NCBI GenBank assembly: GCA_001778235.1
Contig: MFGJ01000008.1
Coordinates: forward strand, 129,148 to 193,147
Direction: 5' to 3'
DNA from: Candidatus Falkowbacteria bacterium RIFOXYC2_FULL_36_12
GTDB taxonomy: Bacteria > Patescibacteriota > Patescibacteriia > UBA11705
DNA: 64,000 nucleotides
The first letter of the stretch is position 1. Every line of letters begins with the position of its first letter. Position numbers and translations under genes: made by a program. The notes beneath the pieces are model-generated. The model was not told the DNA's origin. It did no database searches and worked only from the letters and a program-made list of their open reading frames with translations. This document shows positions 9,187-19,521 of the stretch, one piece after another.

Positions 9187-10077
9187 CTACCTCAAATTAA
9201 CTTGCTCCCACCCACTATCCTTTTTTTCATACAACCGAATATAACTATCTGTCTTCTTTGTCCTCATACTCTGACGCAATAGCATCTGGGCTTGGTATAA
9301 TTCAGGGAAAACTTCTTCCTTGATTTCTAGTCGCAGGAAAAGAGCAAAGCTCTGTCCGACACTAAAATGAGTCTTTTCCACAAAAATATCTCTTGTCATA
9401 TCAAACATTTCTCTAGTTAATTCATCCATTTCTAGTCTTTCAGAAAATCCATCAAAGAACCCCACAATCAGTTGCTGAGCACGCTCTGCCAAATCAGGTT
9501 GAACCATAGTAATACTATTTACCATTGCCACGACCTTACGTTTTCCATCACTCGATTCAAATGTGATCTGCCTACGCAGTGTGCCATCATCATTCAGTAA
9601 ATGAGGATAAATATGCCGACTCAAATAATTATTTCTAGCCTCCAGAGCTTTTATCACTGCATCATTGAGTTCAAACACAATCGCGATAATTTCATCTTGA
9701 GCTTCTTGTTGCGCTTTAACCTTAGCCACCAATTCAGCCTGTCTTATTCGGAGCTCCTGTAGTCTTTCTTCTTCTTGCCGAATCTTATTTCTAGCCTCAT
9801 CTCGCTCCTTGGTTAATTCTTTGTTTAAATCAGCAAATCTCTTAAAAATATCAGCAATTCTCTTTGATTTCGATTTGAGTTTCTTTGAACCCTTTTTACG
9901 ATCTTCCAATCTTTGTTCCATTTCTCCCAAAACATCAACCGTATCCAAAGATGTGCTTACGAATTCACGAAACTTTTTAACCCAAGATTTTCTAACTTCC
10001 TCTTCCTTTTTACGCAACTTTTTCAAATTTTGTTCAACAACAGCAATCGCTTTCTTTACTTGCTTCAATGCTTCCAT
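9187..10077 (-). CDS. Hypothetical coiled-coil protein (orphan unit A, gene 1)
   Basis: ATG at 10077 after AGGAGGAAGGAA; long charged heptad-rich N-terminal half. Confidence 0.75.
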   Translation of the reverse strand: MEALKQVKKAIAVVEQNLKKLRKKEEEVRKSWVKKFREFVSTSLDTVDVLGEMEQRLEDRKKGSKKLKSKSKRIADIFKRFADLNKELTKERDEARNKIRQEEERLQELRIRQAELVAKVKAQQEAQDEIIAIVFELNDAVIKALEARNNYLSRHIYPHLLNDDGTLRRQITFESSDGKRKVVAMVNSITMVQPDLAERAQQLIVGFFDGFSERLEMDELTREMFDMTRDIFVEKTHFSVGQSFALFLRLEIKEEVFPELYQAQMLLRQSMRTKKTDSYIRLYEKKDSGWEQVNLR

Positions 10078-10095
10078 TTCCTTCCTCCTGTCTCC

Positions 10096-10146
10096 TTGGC
10101 AAAGAACATAACAAACAACTTTAACATAATAACAAAAAAATGTCAA
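10096..10146 (-). promoter_or_regulatory. Unit A promoter plus boxA-like motif
   Basis: TTGACA-N14-TGt-TAAAGT, then TGTTCTTTGCCAA (10108-10096). Confidence 0.7.
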
Positions 10147-10161
10147 TTTTGACATTTAAGA

Positions 10162-10455
10162 TTATTTCTTTTTTATTAACCGACATTTCTTAAGCCCATA
10201 ACCACACATAACACGAGTAATTTTTATATCATATGCATTCCCAGCAATTATCCTTTTAGAATGATCACCATTTACATGCATTACCTCACCGCATTGAAAC
10301 GAAATTTCAGTAACATCACACTCATCTAGATATCTAACAAAATTCACTACATCAATAATCTGTATGGTATTATAATCATCACTACAAGAAAGAACATAAT
10401 TAAAAACCAATACATCTAACAATTCAAAGAAACTTACCACTATCCCCCTAAACAT
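10162..10455 (-). CDS. Hypothetical protein (orphan unit B)
   Basis: ATG at 10455 after AAGGAGGCGAAGGGAGG; own promoter TTGACA(10521-10516)-N14-TGt-TAAATT. Confidence 0.6.
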   Translation of the reverse strand: MFRGIVVSFFELLDVLVFNYVLSCSDDYNTIQIIDVVNFVRYLDECDVTEISFQCGEVMHVNGDHSKRIIAGNAYDIKITRVMCGYGLKKCRLIKKK

Positions 10456-10529
10456 CTTTGCCTCCCTTCGCCTCCTTGACTGAATAACCTTAAATTTAAC
10501 ACTACAATCAGAACTTGTCAATACAATCC

Positions 10530-11273
10530 TTATACAATCTGTTTCCAACTATAAATCTCTTTTTCTACCAAATAATTCAGCCAATCTTTCATAAAAACAA
10601 CAATTTTGTTGAGTAAATCTTGCTTTATTACCAATTTTGGAAAAACTTTTTGATCATTAATAAAAATCAATCTCAAAAATTTAATAACATTTTCATCAAT
10701 TTTTAACTTTTCACAGTTACATTTTGAACATATCATAGAATTATCATGCCAAGAAAAATAAGCTTTTTCACCTACTTTATTATTGCACTTTACACAACTG
10801 TACAACTCTGGACTATATCCTAATAATTTCATAAGCTGGCAAGCAAAATAAATAACAATTATTTTTTTACTATTTTTATCGCTTGTTTTTTCAAGCCTTC
10901 GAATAGTATCAATTACCAATTGCCACTCCAATAAATTTTTATCCTCCAATTCTAGAGACTTTTCCAACAATTCAAATATAATATTTATATAAATAAAATC
11001 TTGCTCTAAATTTAAATCAAACTTTTCAATCAATCTTGCAGATGCCAATTTATCAAAACTATTTTTTGATCGAGCAATCATTAAATCAACCAATCCATAA
11101 CTGCTCAAATGTCCCATCAATTTACTCTTTATTTTTTTCGACCCAATTGCTACCGCCTGAATTTTACCAAAATTTTCAGTATAAAAAGAAAAAAGACTGT
11201 CATTTTCCCTCCAGTCTTTTCTATTTAAAACAAATCCAATTGTCTTATAAGTTTTATCCATATCAATAATCAA
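10530..11273 (-). CDS. recO: DNA repair protein RecO
   Basis: N-terminal OB fold (GFVL..ENDSLFSFYTENFGKIQAVAIG), LGYSPELYSCVKC and CSKC zinc motif; start may be ATG at 11261. Confidence 0.9.
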   Translation of the reverse strand: MIIDMDKTYKTIGFVLNRKDWRENDSLFSFYTENFGKIQAVAIGSKKIKSKLMGHLSSYGLVDLMIARSKNSFDKLASARLIEKFDLNLEQDFIYINIIFELLEKSLELEDKNLLEWQLVIDTIRRLEKTSDKNSKKIIVIYFACQLMKLLGYSPELYSCVKCNNKVGEKAYFSWHDNSMICSKCNCEKLKIDENVIKFLRLIFINDQKVFPKLVIKQDLLNKIVVFMKDWLNYLVEKEIYSWKQIV

Positions 11274-11276
11274 ACA

Positions 11277-11669
11277 TCAAAGTCTTTCAAAATAACTTTG
11301 TAATATTGCTGCTGCCGCAATATCATCATCACCAACCTTTTTATATCCTTTAAATTCTTTCTTCATGCTTTCAGCATATTTTGTTGACATTCTTTCATCT
11401 TCCAAATGGACTAACTTTCCAAACTGTTTAATCCAATTTAAAAACTCCTCAAAATTTTTATGTAAATTTTCTTCTCCAGCCAGCGTTTTTGGTTGCCCGA
11501 TTATTAATTCGTCAATTTTTTCATCATCTATCAATTTCTGGATACTTTTAGCCAATTCACTTAAATTTTTATAAGATAAAATCAATATCGGACTGGAAAT
11601 TTTCATTTCACTTGTACCCAGAGCAAACCCAATTTTCGATTGACCCCAATCAATACCAAGATAATTCAT
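11277..11669 (-). CDS. ruvX: Holliday junction resolvase-like / pre-16S rRNA nuclease RuvX (YqgF)
   Basis: YLGIDWGQSKIGFA, EDERMST, DDIAAAAILQSY. Confidence 0.92.
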   Translation of the reverse strand: MNYLGIDWGQSKIGFALGTSEMKISSPILILSYKNLSELAKSIQKLIDDEKIDELIIGQPKTLAGEENLHKNFEEFLNWIKQFGKLVHLEDERMSTKYAESMKKEFKGYKKVGDDDIAAAAILQSYFERL

Positions 11670-11670
11670 A

Positions 11671-12441
11671 TCATTTCCCTGTTAAAACTTCGCATCCAGT
11701 TTTTGTTATCGCGAAAGTATGCTCAAAATGAGCAGAATATTTTCTATCTTTTGTCGCCACAGTCCAGTGATCTTCCATAGTTTCTATTTCATAATCTCCA
11801 GAGGTAACCATTGGCTCACAAGCCAAAACCATCCCTTCTCTTAAAACAAAATCATAGGTTGGGATGACATAATTCGGCAATTGCGGTTCCTCATGTACTG
11901 CATGACCTACACCATGACCAACTAAATCTCTAACTAAACCATAACCTTGTCCTTCAACATATTTTTGCACCTTTCCAGCCACTTTTGACCATTTTTCCCC
12001 TGCTCTCAAATTATCCTTATATATATCCAAAGCCTGCCTTGTTACATCAACCAGTTTTTGCAATTCTGAACCTATCTTCCCCACTGGGACCGTTATTGCC
12101 ATGTCAGTATACAACCCATTTTCAGCCGGATAACGCATACCAACATCCAGACTTATAATATCACCTTCTTTCAAGATTCTATCCTTTCTTGGCACCCCAT
12201 GAACCACTTCAGCATTTATAGAAGTACAAACACTACCAGGATATGGTGGTTGACCATAATTTTTAAATGCCGGAATACCTCCAGCTTGCCTAATCAATTT
12301 TTCTCCCATTTGATCCAATTCAAAAGTCGATACTCCTGGTCGGACTATTTCTGCTACCTGCATCAATATTTTATTCAACATCTTTCCACCTTGTCGTATC
12401 AATGCAATTTCTTCTTTTGTCTTAATCTTTGCCATTATCAT
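11671..12441 (-). CDS. map: Methionine aminopeptidase type I
   Basis: CTSINAEVVHGVP, GHGVGHAVHEEP, SAHFEHT. Confidence 0.96.
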   Translation of the reverse strand: MIMAKIKTKEEIALIRQGGKMLNKILMQVAEIVRPGVSTFELDQMGEKLIRQAGGIPAFKNYGQPPYPGSVCTSINAEVVHGVPRKDRILKEGDIISLDVGMRYPAENGLYTDMAITVPVGKIGSELQKLVDVTRQALDIYKDNLRAGEKWSKVAGKVQKYVEGQGYGLVRDLVGHGVGHAVHEEPQLPNYVIPTYDFVLREGMVLACEPMVTSGDYEIETMEDHWTVATKDRKYSAHFEHTFAITKTGCEVLTGK

Positions 12442-13078
12442 TAAATATTACCAATATATCTTGATGTACTTTTTCAATTGGTTTTGCACCATTTATTTTT
12501 ACAAAATTCACTCTTTTCTTTTTCTTGAAAAATTTTATTACCGGCGCTGTTTCTTTTTTATACAATTCTATTCGTTTTTTTACAATATTTTTCTTTGAAT
12601 CAGAACGAATAAACAATTTTTTATCACATTTATCACAAACCCCCTTCTTTTTCGGCGGATTGTATTTTATATGAAATGTTTCCCCGCAACTACAACTTCG
12701 TCTACCATTAATACGCTCCATAATGAGTGAATCTTGCAAACTTATCATAACAAAATTAATTTTAACTTTCTTTTCAGTCAAAAATTCATACAACTTTTCT
12801 GCTTGGGGAATAGTTCTTGGATATCCATCAAATAAAACATCTTTTTTTACCTTTTTCAATACTTGAAAAACTTTTTTATCTACAATTTGATTTGGCACAA
12901 TTAATCCATGAGCTAAAAATTTCCTTATTAGGACTCCCACATCTGTATCCTTTTCTGCCTCTTTTCGCAAAAAAACACCTGGCTGAATCAATTTTATATC
13001 CAACTCTTCATCCAACAATTCAGCTTGAGTTCCCTTCCCCGCACCAGGAGGACCTACCAAAATATATGCATTTTTCAT
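12422..13078 (-). CDS. adk: Adenylate kinase
   Basis: GPPGAGKGTQA P-loop, DGYPRT, Cys-containing LID; lies after secY. Confidence 0.94.
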   Translation of the reverse strand: MKNAYILVGPPGAGKGTQAELLDEELDIKLIQPGVFLRKEAEKDTDVGVLIRKFLAHGLIVPNQIVDKKVFQVLKKVKKDVLFDGYPRTIPQAEKLYEFLTEKKVKINFVMISLQDSLIMERINGRRSCSCGETFHIKYNPPKKKGVCDKCDKKLFIRSDSKKNIVKKRIELYKKETAPVIKFFKKKKRVNFVKINGAKPIEKVHQDILVIFNDNGKD

Positions 13079-13190
13079 AATTTATTTTAATCTACTAAAT
13101 TAATATATCAGAATAATATGGTTGAGTCAATCTTGCCTTATTTATTTATAAAATTAAAAAATCAGGTACTACACCTGACTTTTATTTATC

Positions 13191-14462
13191 TTATAATTTA
13201 TCGTATTCTCTCATTTCCATTTGTGACTCTATCTGTTTAACTATTTCTATTACCACCGCTACTACGATTAAAATACTTGTGCCCCCGACAACCATAGAGT
13301 CCATGTTGAAAAGGTTTTGCAAAATCAAAGGTAATATTGCAATCAAAGCCAGAAACAAAGCACCTGTCAATGTGATTCTTGATATTGTATTTTGTAAATA
13401 TTCTTCAGTCTGTTTACCAGGTCGTATTCCAGGGATAAAAGCTCCGCTTTTCTGTAGATTTTCAGCAATCTGACTTGGATGAAAAATTACAGCAGTGTAA
13501 AAATATGTAAAAGCAAAAACTAGTAAGAAGTATAATACACCATAAAATAGATTATTTTGGAAAAGGTTGGTTACCCATGTACCAATCGATACAATAAATT
13601 CAGTTTTCGCCTGTACCATGAATTGTGCAATCATCGATGGAAATAAAACAACAGAAATCGCAAAAATGATTGGAATAACACCAGCTTGGTTTACTCTAAG
13701 TGGCAAATGTGTATTTGTCCCACCATACATTCTATTACCTCTGATTCTCTTGGCATAAGAAACTGGAATATTTCTTTGACCTTCAGATATGAACACCACA
13801 CCAACCACTGTAATCACTGCCACAACCGCAAATACAATAAGTGTGATTAGTTGATCCTGGCTAAAATTAATAAAAATCTGTTGCAAAGCCTTTGGTATTC
13901 CCACGATTATACCCGCAAAAATCAAAAGTGAAATCCCATTACCAATTTTTCTCTCCGTAATTAGCTCCCCGATCCACATCAGAAATACTGTACCAGCAGT
14001 TATTGTCAGTAATGTTGTGATATAAGTAAATAAATTCAAATTTTCCAAAATTGGCTTTGGAGCCCGTAAAAGTAACTGAATCATAGCGTATCCTTGTAAC
14101 GCAGCAAGTGGTACAGTCGCCCAACGAGTCCATGAACTTATCTTATGTCTACCAGCTTCATCTTTATTCATTTCTTCAAGTTTTGGAACAATCATAGCTA
14201 ACAGTTGGAAAATAATTGATGCAGTAATATAAGGCGCTACCCCCATCATCACCACAGAAAAATTCTCCATTCCACCACCTGAAAATAAATTCAATAACCC
14301 CAAAAGTTGATTTGAACTAAAAAATTCCCGCAAATTTTCTACATTAATTCCAGGAATTGGGATATGAGCTGCAAAACGAAAAACTACCAACATTGCCAAG
14401 ATATACAAAATGCTATTTCGTAATTCTTTTATCTTCCAAATTTGACTAAGTTTTTGCCACAT
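13191..14462 (-). CDS. secY: Preprotein translocase subunit SecY
   Basis: MGVAPYITASII, GNGISLLIFAGI, NQAGVIPIIFA, FIPGIRPG. Confidence 0.98.
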   Translation of the reverse strand: MWQKLSQIWKIKELRNSILYILAMLVVFRFAAHIPIPGINVENLREFFSSNQLLGLLNLFSGGGMENFSVVMMGVAPYITASIIFQLLAMIVPKLEEMNKDEAGRHKISSWTRWATVPLAALQGYAMIQLLLRAPKPILENLNLFTYITTLLTITAGTVFLMWIGELITERKIGNGISLLIFAGIIVGIPKALQQIFINFSQDQLITLIVFAVVAVITVVGVVFISEGQRNIPVSYAKRIRGNRMYGGTNTHLPLRVNQAGVIPIIFAISVVLFPSMIAQFMVQAKTEFIVSIGTWVTNLFQNNLFYGVLYFLLVFAFTYFYTAVIFHPSQIAENLQKSGAFIPGIRPGKQTEEYLQNTISRITLTGALFLALIAILPLILQNLFNMDSMVVGGTSILIVVAVVIEIVKQIESQMEMREYDKL

Positions 14463-14505
14463 GTGTTTTTATTTTAATCAATTTACTTTTATCCTATAAT
14501 ATTTT

Positions 14506-14985
14506 TTACTTATTTTCTTCAACTTCCTTCTCAATATTTTTTTCTTTTACCACGACTTTACCACCGATTTTTTCTATTGCTTCCTGCGCTGACTTTGACA
14601 CTTTGCAGTCAACAAATGTTAATTTTACTTTCAATTCTCCATTATTTAAAATTTTTACTGGTTTTCTAACAGAATTAATAACTCCCATTGCCTCTAGAAC
14701 TACTGGAGAAATCTCCATATTATCTTTTCCAATTTTATTTAAAAGCTTAAAATCAACAATCTGATTTTTGGCTTTTGGTTTATCACCTTTAAATTTCGGA
14801 AAAGCCAAAAGAGTGGTTTTGAATCCTTTCAGTTTCAAACCTTTTTTACCACCAGAACGAGAACGCTGTCCTTTTAATCCACGGCTTGAATATGTGCCTT
14901 TACCAGAAGCATTGCCCCTACCAACTCTTTTCTTTGGTTTCATTTTCTCTTTAGGACTTTTTAGATTGTTTAATTCAATAGTCAT
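14506..14985 (-). CDS. rplO: 50S ribosomal protein L15
   Basis: KRVGRGNASGKGTYSSRGLKGQRSRSG. Confidence 0.96.
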   Translation of the reverse strand: MTIELNNLKSPKEKMKPKKRVGRGNASGKGTYSSRGLKGQRSRSGGKKGLKLKGFKTTLLAFPKFKGDKPKAKNQIVDFKLLNKIGKDNMEISPVVLEAMGVINSVRKPVKILNNGELKVKLTFVDCKVSKSAQEAIEKIGGKVVVKEKNIEKEVEENK

Positions 14986-15008
14986 ATCCTATTTATTATA
15001 GCAAATAT

Positions 15009-15611
15009 TTATTTAACTTCCTTCTTTTCTTCTTTTTTTATCGTTTTTCCAGTTTGACTTTTTTCCATCTGCTTTCCATTTTGTTCAGCATTATTTTTCT
15101 TGTCTTGTTTTCTTTTTTCAACTTTTACTCTGTCATTAACAACAAAACTGTTAAGACCAGAAAGTAATGCTTTTACATTATTGACCTTGTTATTACATCC
15201 AAGAATTTTTGCTACGATATTTGGTACGCCAGCAATTTCAAGAACAGCGCGAACAGCACCACCAGCTTTAATACCAGTACCCATTGGAGCTGGCTTCAAT
15301 AAAATCTTTGCGGATTTTTCCTTTATATACATTCTATGAGGAATTGTATTTTTTATAATTGGTATAATAATCAAGTTTTTCTTTGCTTGATTAACAGCTT
15401 TATTTATAGCGATTGTGACATCTGCTCCTTTGGCCAATCCAATTCCGCACTTTCCTTTTTGATCACCAATAGCAACACAAGCCCTAAATCTCATTCTTTT
15501 ACCACCTTTCATCACACGAGTGACTCGAGCAATATCAATAACCCGCTGCTCAAATTCACGATCAGCGCCACCTTTCCTTGAACCACCGGATTTTCTTTGG
15601 TTATTTGACAT
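15009..15611 (-). CDS. rpsE: 30S ribosomal protein S5
   Basis: RVTRVMKGGKRMRF, PAPMGTGIKAGG. Confidence 0.97.
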   Translation of the reverse strand: MSNNQRKSGGSRKGGADREFEQRVIDIARVTRVMKGGKRMRFRACVAIGDQKGKCGIGLAKGADVTIAINKAVNQAKKNLIIIPIIKNTIPHRMYIKEKSAKILLKPAPMGTGIKAGGAVRAVLEIAGVPNIVAKILGCNNKVNNVKALLSGLNSFVVNDRVKVEKRKQDKKNNAEQNGKQMEKSQTGKTIKKEEKKEVK

Positions 15612-15638
15612 AATTTTTATCTATCAAAATTATTTTAA

Positions 15639-16001
15639 TTAAAATTTTAAGCCAGCTTCTCTCATCCCATCAGCTGCAGCTTTTACTCTTCCATGATATT
15701 TAAATCTATTTCTATCAAAAACAACTTCTTTAATCCCTTTTTCTAATGCTCTCTCTGCTACAAGTTTCCCAACAGCCGCTGCTTTTTCAACTGGTTTTAA
15801 TTCTCCAGCTTTTACTTTTAATTCTCCAGATTTAGCTGAAACCAAAGTTGTTCCAGTTGTATCATCTACCAACTGAATATAAAAATGCTTTGAACTACGA
15901 AAAATTGCCGCTCTTGGTTTTTGGACTGTACCATTGATTTTTGCTCGTACTCTATTTTTTCGTCGAAGCGCTGATTGTAATTTATTTTTTGTAATATTCA
16001 T
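15639..16001 (-). CDS. rplR: 50S ribosomal protein L18
   Basis: VVFDRNRFKYHGRVKAAADGMREAGLKF. Confidence 0.97.
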   Translation of the reverse strand: MNITKNKLQSALRRKNRVRAKINGTVQKPRAAIFRSSKHFYIQLVDDTTGTTLVSAKSGELKVKAGELKPVEKAAAVGKLVAERALEKGIKEVVFDRNRFKYHGRVKAAADGMREAGLKF

Positions 16002-16007
16002 ATAAAA

Positions 16008-16553
16008 TTATTCAGTCTTGCCAGCTGTTTTTCCAACTTTTCGGACAATGACTTCATCCATATATTTAATTCCTTTACCCTTATATGGTTCAGGTTTTTT
16101 TATTTTTCTAATAATCGCAGCTGTTTCACCAACCAAATGCTTGTCAATACCACTTATGGCAATAACATTAGCTTTTACTTCAATTTTAATACCTTCTGGG
16201 ATTTCAAAATTAACTGGGTGAGAAAAACCAACATTCAATACAAGGATATTCCCTCTAACTTCAGCTTTAAAACCAATACCATTAATTTCCAATTCCTTTA
16301 TAAACCCTTCAGTCACACCCACAACTAGATTGTTAATCAAACTGCGAAACAAACCCCAAAGCGCCAACTGTTTTCCATCAGTTTCATCAGCGATTTTTAC
16401 TCTAATCTCCTTATCAACCATTTCTACAAAAACATTTTTTATTAATTTCACCATTAATTCACCCTTTGGACCTTTTACTTTTACAATTTCATTTTCAATA
16501 TTAACTTCAACTCCATCAGGTATAATAATTGGTTGTTTTCCTACTCTAGACAT
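16008..16553 (-). CDS. rplF: 50S ribosomal protein L6
   Basis: MSRVGKQPI, PEPYKGKGI. Confidence 0.98.
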   Translation of the reverse strand: MSRVGKQPIIIPDGVEVNIENEIVKVKGPKGELMVKLIKNVFVEMVDKEIRVKIADETDGKQLALWGLFRSLINNLVVGVTEGFIKELEINGIGFKAEVRGNILVLNVGFSHPVNFEIPEGIKIEVKANVIAISGIDKHLVGETAAIIRKIKKPEPYKGKGIKYMDEVIVRKVGKTAGKTE

Positions 16554-16559
16554 ATTTTT

Positions 16560-16949
16560 TTAATAAATTTCACAAATTACTTCTCCGCCAACGCCAGCTT
16601 TTCTAGCAGAATCATTAGTTAAAAGACCTTTTGAGGTTGAAAGAATTGAAATACCAAATCCATTCAAAATTTTCTTAATTTCATCTCTACCAACATAAAC
16701 CCTACAACCAACCTTGCTTACTCGTTTCAATTCCTTTATCTTCGGATCACCCTTTGCTTCGTATTTTAATGAAATCAAAATTTCGCTGAATTGATTTTCA
16801 ACTTTTTCAGCCTTTTCAATATAGCCCTCTTTCTCCAAAATCTGCGCTATCCCAAATTTTATTTTTGAATATGGAACAACTACCTCAGATTTTTTTGCCA
16901 TCTGGGCATTTCGTATTCTTGTTAGCATGTCAGCGATTGGATCTGTCAT
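16560..16949 (-). CDS. rpsH: 30S ribosomal protein S8
   Basis: MTDPIADMLTRIRNA, STSKG, GGEVIC. Confidence 0.98.
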   Translation of the reverse strand: MTDPIADMLTRIRNAQMAKKSEVVVPYSKIKFGIAQILEKEGYIEKAEKVENQFSEILISLKYEAKGDPKIKELKRVSKVGCRVYVGRDEIKKILNGFGISILSTSKGLLTNDSARKAGVGGEVICEIY

Positions 16950-16996
16950 ATAAATTTATCTTTGGATAATATTTTATAAATATAAATTAATCAAAT

Positions 16997-17182
16997 TTAC
17001 CAACTACTTCTAGTTATTCCTGGAATCTGGCCTCTTTCAGCTAATTCACGGAAACAAATTCGGCATAAATCAAATTTTCGCATATATGATCTATTTCTAC
17101 CACACTTCCAACATCTATTCACTTTTCTTGTTGAATATTTTTGCTTTCTCTTTGATTTAGCTATTTGTGATTTAATTGCCAT
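16997..17182 (-). CDS. rpsN: 30S ribosomal protein S14 (type Z, zinc-binding)
   Basis: 61 aa, RCWKCGR...[10 protein letters not shown]. Confidence 0.96.
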   Translation of the reverse strand: MAIKSQIAKSKRKQKYSTRKVNRCWKCGRNRSYMRKFDLCRICFRELAERGQIPGITRSSW

Positions 17183-17209
17183 AGTATCGTCGTATTAACA
17201 TTATATTAT

Positions 17210-17752
17210 TTATTGCTTTTTAAAAGGAAATCCTAGTAAATTCAGAAATTCAAATGCTTCTTCATTATTTTTTGCCGAGGTAGTAATATTTATTTCCAAA
17301 CCATGTGTTCGATCAACTTCATCAGGTAAAATTTCAGGAAAAGCTAATTGTTCTTTAAAACCAAGTGAATAGCCACCCATTCCGTCAAAACTTTTAGGGT
17401 TAATACCTTGGAAATCTCTAACTCTTGGCAAGGTAACCTTTACAAGCTTTTCAACAAAATCCCACATTCTATCTCCGCGCAAAGTAACCTTTAATCCAAC
17501 AACCATCCCTTCACGAATTTTGAAGTTTGAAATGGATTTTTTAGCTAATGTTTTAACCGGCATTTGTCCAGTTATTCTTTGCAAATTTTTTTCAACTGCA
17601 TCAATATAATCCTTATCTTTCAATCCAGCTCCAATTCCAACATTCAGCACCACTTTTTTCATAGTTGGAACCTGCATATTATTTTTATAACCAAACTTTT
17701 CTTTCAAAGCTGGAATAATTTTTTCTTGATAATGTTTTTTGAACCCTTGCAT
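17210..17752 (-). CDS. rplE: 50S ribosomal protein L5
   Basis: ITGQMP, FKIREG, LPRVRDFQG. Confidence 0.98.
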   Translation of the reverse strand: MQGFKKHYQEKIIPALKEKFGYKNNMQVPTMKKVVLNVGIGAGLKDKDYIDAVEKNLQRITGQMPVKTLAKKSISNFKIREGMVVGLKVTLRGDRMWDFVEKLVKVTLPRVRDFQGINPKSFDGMGGYSLGFKEQLAFPEILPDEVDRTHGLEINITTSAKNNEEAFEFLNLLGFPFKKQ

Positions 17753-17814
17753 AATATTGAATAATCTATTTGCTTAATATCTTTGAATCATTTTACATTT
17801 ATTCGCGCTATAAA

Positions 17815-18183
17815 CTATGAATCAATTGACTCATTGCATTTTTTACAAATCCTTATCTTTTTCTTACCTTTCTGATCAGTTTCCAAAACCTTGAAACCAA
17901 CACGAGTAGATTTATTACATTTAGGACAAATCAGCATAACATTTGAGATATCTAATGGTGATGGATATGTGATTTTTTGTCCAGTCTCCCCGCTTTTTCG
18001 AGGTTTCATATGCTTAATCCTTTCATTCAACCCTTCAACCACAACTTTATTTAATTCTGGTAATACCTGAATCACCTTACCTTTATTTTCTTTGGTAGTT
18101 TTTTCATTTTTTGCAGTTTTCTTGTGTCTATCTTTACCTGCAATTATCTTTACTTTATCTCCAGTTTTAATTTTTTGCTTCAT
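17815..18183 (-). CDS. rplX: 50S ribosomal protein L24
   Basis: IKTGDKVKIIAGKD KOW motif, SNVMLICPKC. Confidence 0.95.
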   Translation of the reverse strand: MKQKIKTGDKVKIIAGKDRHKKTAKNEKTTKENKGKVIQVLPELNKVVVEGLNERIKHMKPRKSGETGQKITYPSPLDISNVMLICPKCNKSTRVGFKVLETDQKGKKKIRICKKCNESIDS

Positions 18184-18210
18184 ATATCTACTTTATAAAA
18201 ACTATGTTAA

Positions 18211-18582
18211 TTACAACACTTCTGGTGCCAAAGAAATTATTTTATTAAAACCACCTCGTCTTAATTCTCTCGCAATTGGTCCGAAAACACGAGTTCCCTT
18301 AGGCTCTTTAGATTCTTTATCTACAATCACCACCGCATTTTCATCAAATCTAATATATGTACCATTCGCTCTTCGTACCTCTTTTCTGGTTCGTACAAGA
18401 ACAGCATGGACAACATCACCTTTTTTCACCATAGAATGTGGCTTTGCTTCCTTTATTGAACAAGTGACAATCTCACCAAGCCGTCCATATCGTTTTTTAT
18501 AACCTCCGAGTACTCGAATACACTGAAGCTTTTTAGCTCCAGTATTATCAGCAGATTTTAACATTGTTCGTTCTTGTATCAT
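18211..18582 (-). CDS. rplN: 50S ribosomal protein L14
   Basis: [23 protein letters not shown]. Confidence 0.98.
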   Translation of the reverse strand: MIQERTMLKSADNTGAKKLQCIRVLGGYKKRYGRLGEIVTCSIKEAKPHSMVKKGDVVHAVLVRTRKEVRRANGTYIRFDENAVVIVDKESKEPKGTRVFGPIARELRRGGFNKIISLAPEVL

Positions 18583-18605
18583 ATATTAAATCTAATTCAA
18601 ATAAC

Positions 18606-18860
18606 TTATTTTACTTTATTTACCAATCTCCATCGTTTATCCTTGCTCATCGGACGGCACTCCTCAAATACAACAACATCACCTTCTTTCAATTCATTTT
18701 TTTCATCATGAATTTTATATTTTTGATTGGATTTTATCTTTTTCCCATAGACTTTATGAGTTTTCACTGAATCAACCCGAACAACCGCTGTTTTGTCCAT
18801 CGCAACACTGACAACTTCACCTGTTAATCTACGAAAAATTTTATCTTTTATCTCATTCAT
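18606..18860 (-). CDS. rpsQ: 30S ribosomal protein S17
   Basis: GEVVSVAMDKT, ECRPMSKDKRW. Confidence 0.96.
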   Translation of the reverse strand: MNEIKDKIFRRLTGEVVSVAMDKTAVVRVDSVKTHKVYGKKIKSNQKYKIHDEKNELKEGDVVVFEECRPMSKDKRWRLVNKVK

Positions 18861-18878
18861 ATATATTTTATCAAAATA

Positions 18879-19073
18879 TTACTTATTTAATTCTTTTTGA
18901 CAAATAATAGTTTCTATCCTAGCCACCATTTTCTTCACATCTCTGATTTCTCTAATATTCTTTACCTGACTATTTGCAACCTTAAAATTCAAATCATGCA
19001 AACTCACTGCCAATTCTTGCAATCGCACTTTCAACTCTTCAATTTTCTTTTCTCGTAATTCTTGAATTTTCAT
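18879..19073 (-). CDS. rpmC: 50S ribosomal protein L29
   Basis: Size and position after rplP; IREIRDVKKMVARIET. Confidence 0.92.
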   Translation of the reverse strand: MKIQELREKKIEELKVRLQELAVSLHDLNFKVANSQVKNIREIRDVKKMVARIETIICQKELNK

Positions 19074-19086
19074 ATTTATATCAAAA

Positions 19087-19506
19087 TTATTCTTCTTGTG
19101 AAATCATTTTTGTTTTAAGTGGCAACTTGTGTGACGCCCGTCTTAATGCTTCATTTGCCAATTCCTTTGTTACTCCACTCATTTCAAATAAAACCATACC
19201 TGGATGAACCACCGCAACATAATATTCTGGTGACCCCTTACCTGATCCCATTGTAAAGTGAGTTCCTTTTGATGTCACCGGTCTGTTTGGGAAAATTCGT
19301 ACCCAAATTTTTCCTCCACGCTTAATATATCTTACCATTGCTCTTCGAGCAGCCTCAAGCTGTCTAGAACTTACCCAACCACCTGACATCGCTTTAATAC
19401 CATAATCTCCAAAATCCAAATTAACAAGAGAAGTAGCTAAGTGTGTCTTACCACGTCCTCGCGCTTTATGACATTTTCTATGTTTTACTTTTTTTGGTAT
19501 TAACAT
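19087..19506 (-). CDS. rplP: 50S ribosomal protein L16
   Basis: MLIPKKVKHRK, QLEAARR, MGSGKG. Confidence 0.97.
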   Translation of the reverse strand: MLIPKKVKHRKCHKARGRGKTHLATSLVNLDFGDYGIKAMSGGWVSSRQLEAARRAMVRYIKRGGKIWVRIFPNRPVTSKGTHFTMGSGKGSPEYYVAVVHPGMVLFEMSGVTKELANEALRRASHKLPLKTKMISQEE

Positions 19507-19521
19507 AATATTTTAATTCAT

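Noticed and set aside
8349-10521. Prophage or integrative element at the tRNA pair
   Set aside because: No integrase or phage structural genes, and I found no duplicated tRNA 3' end in the window.
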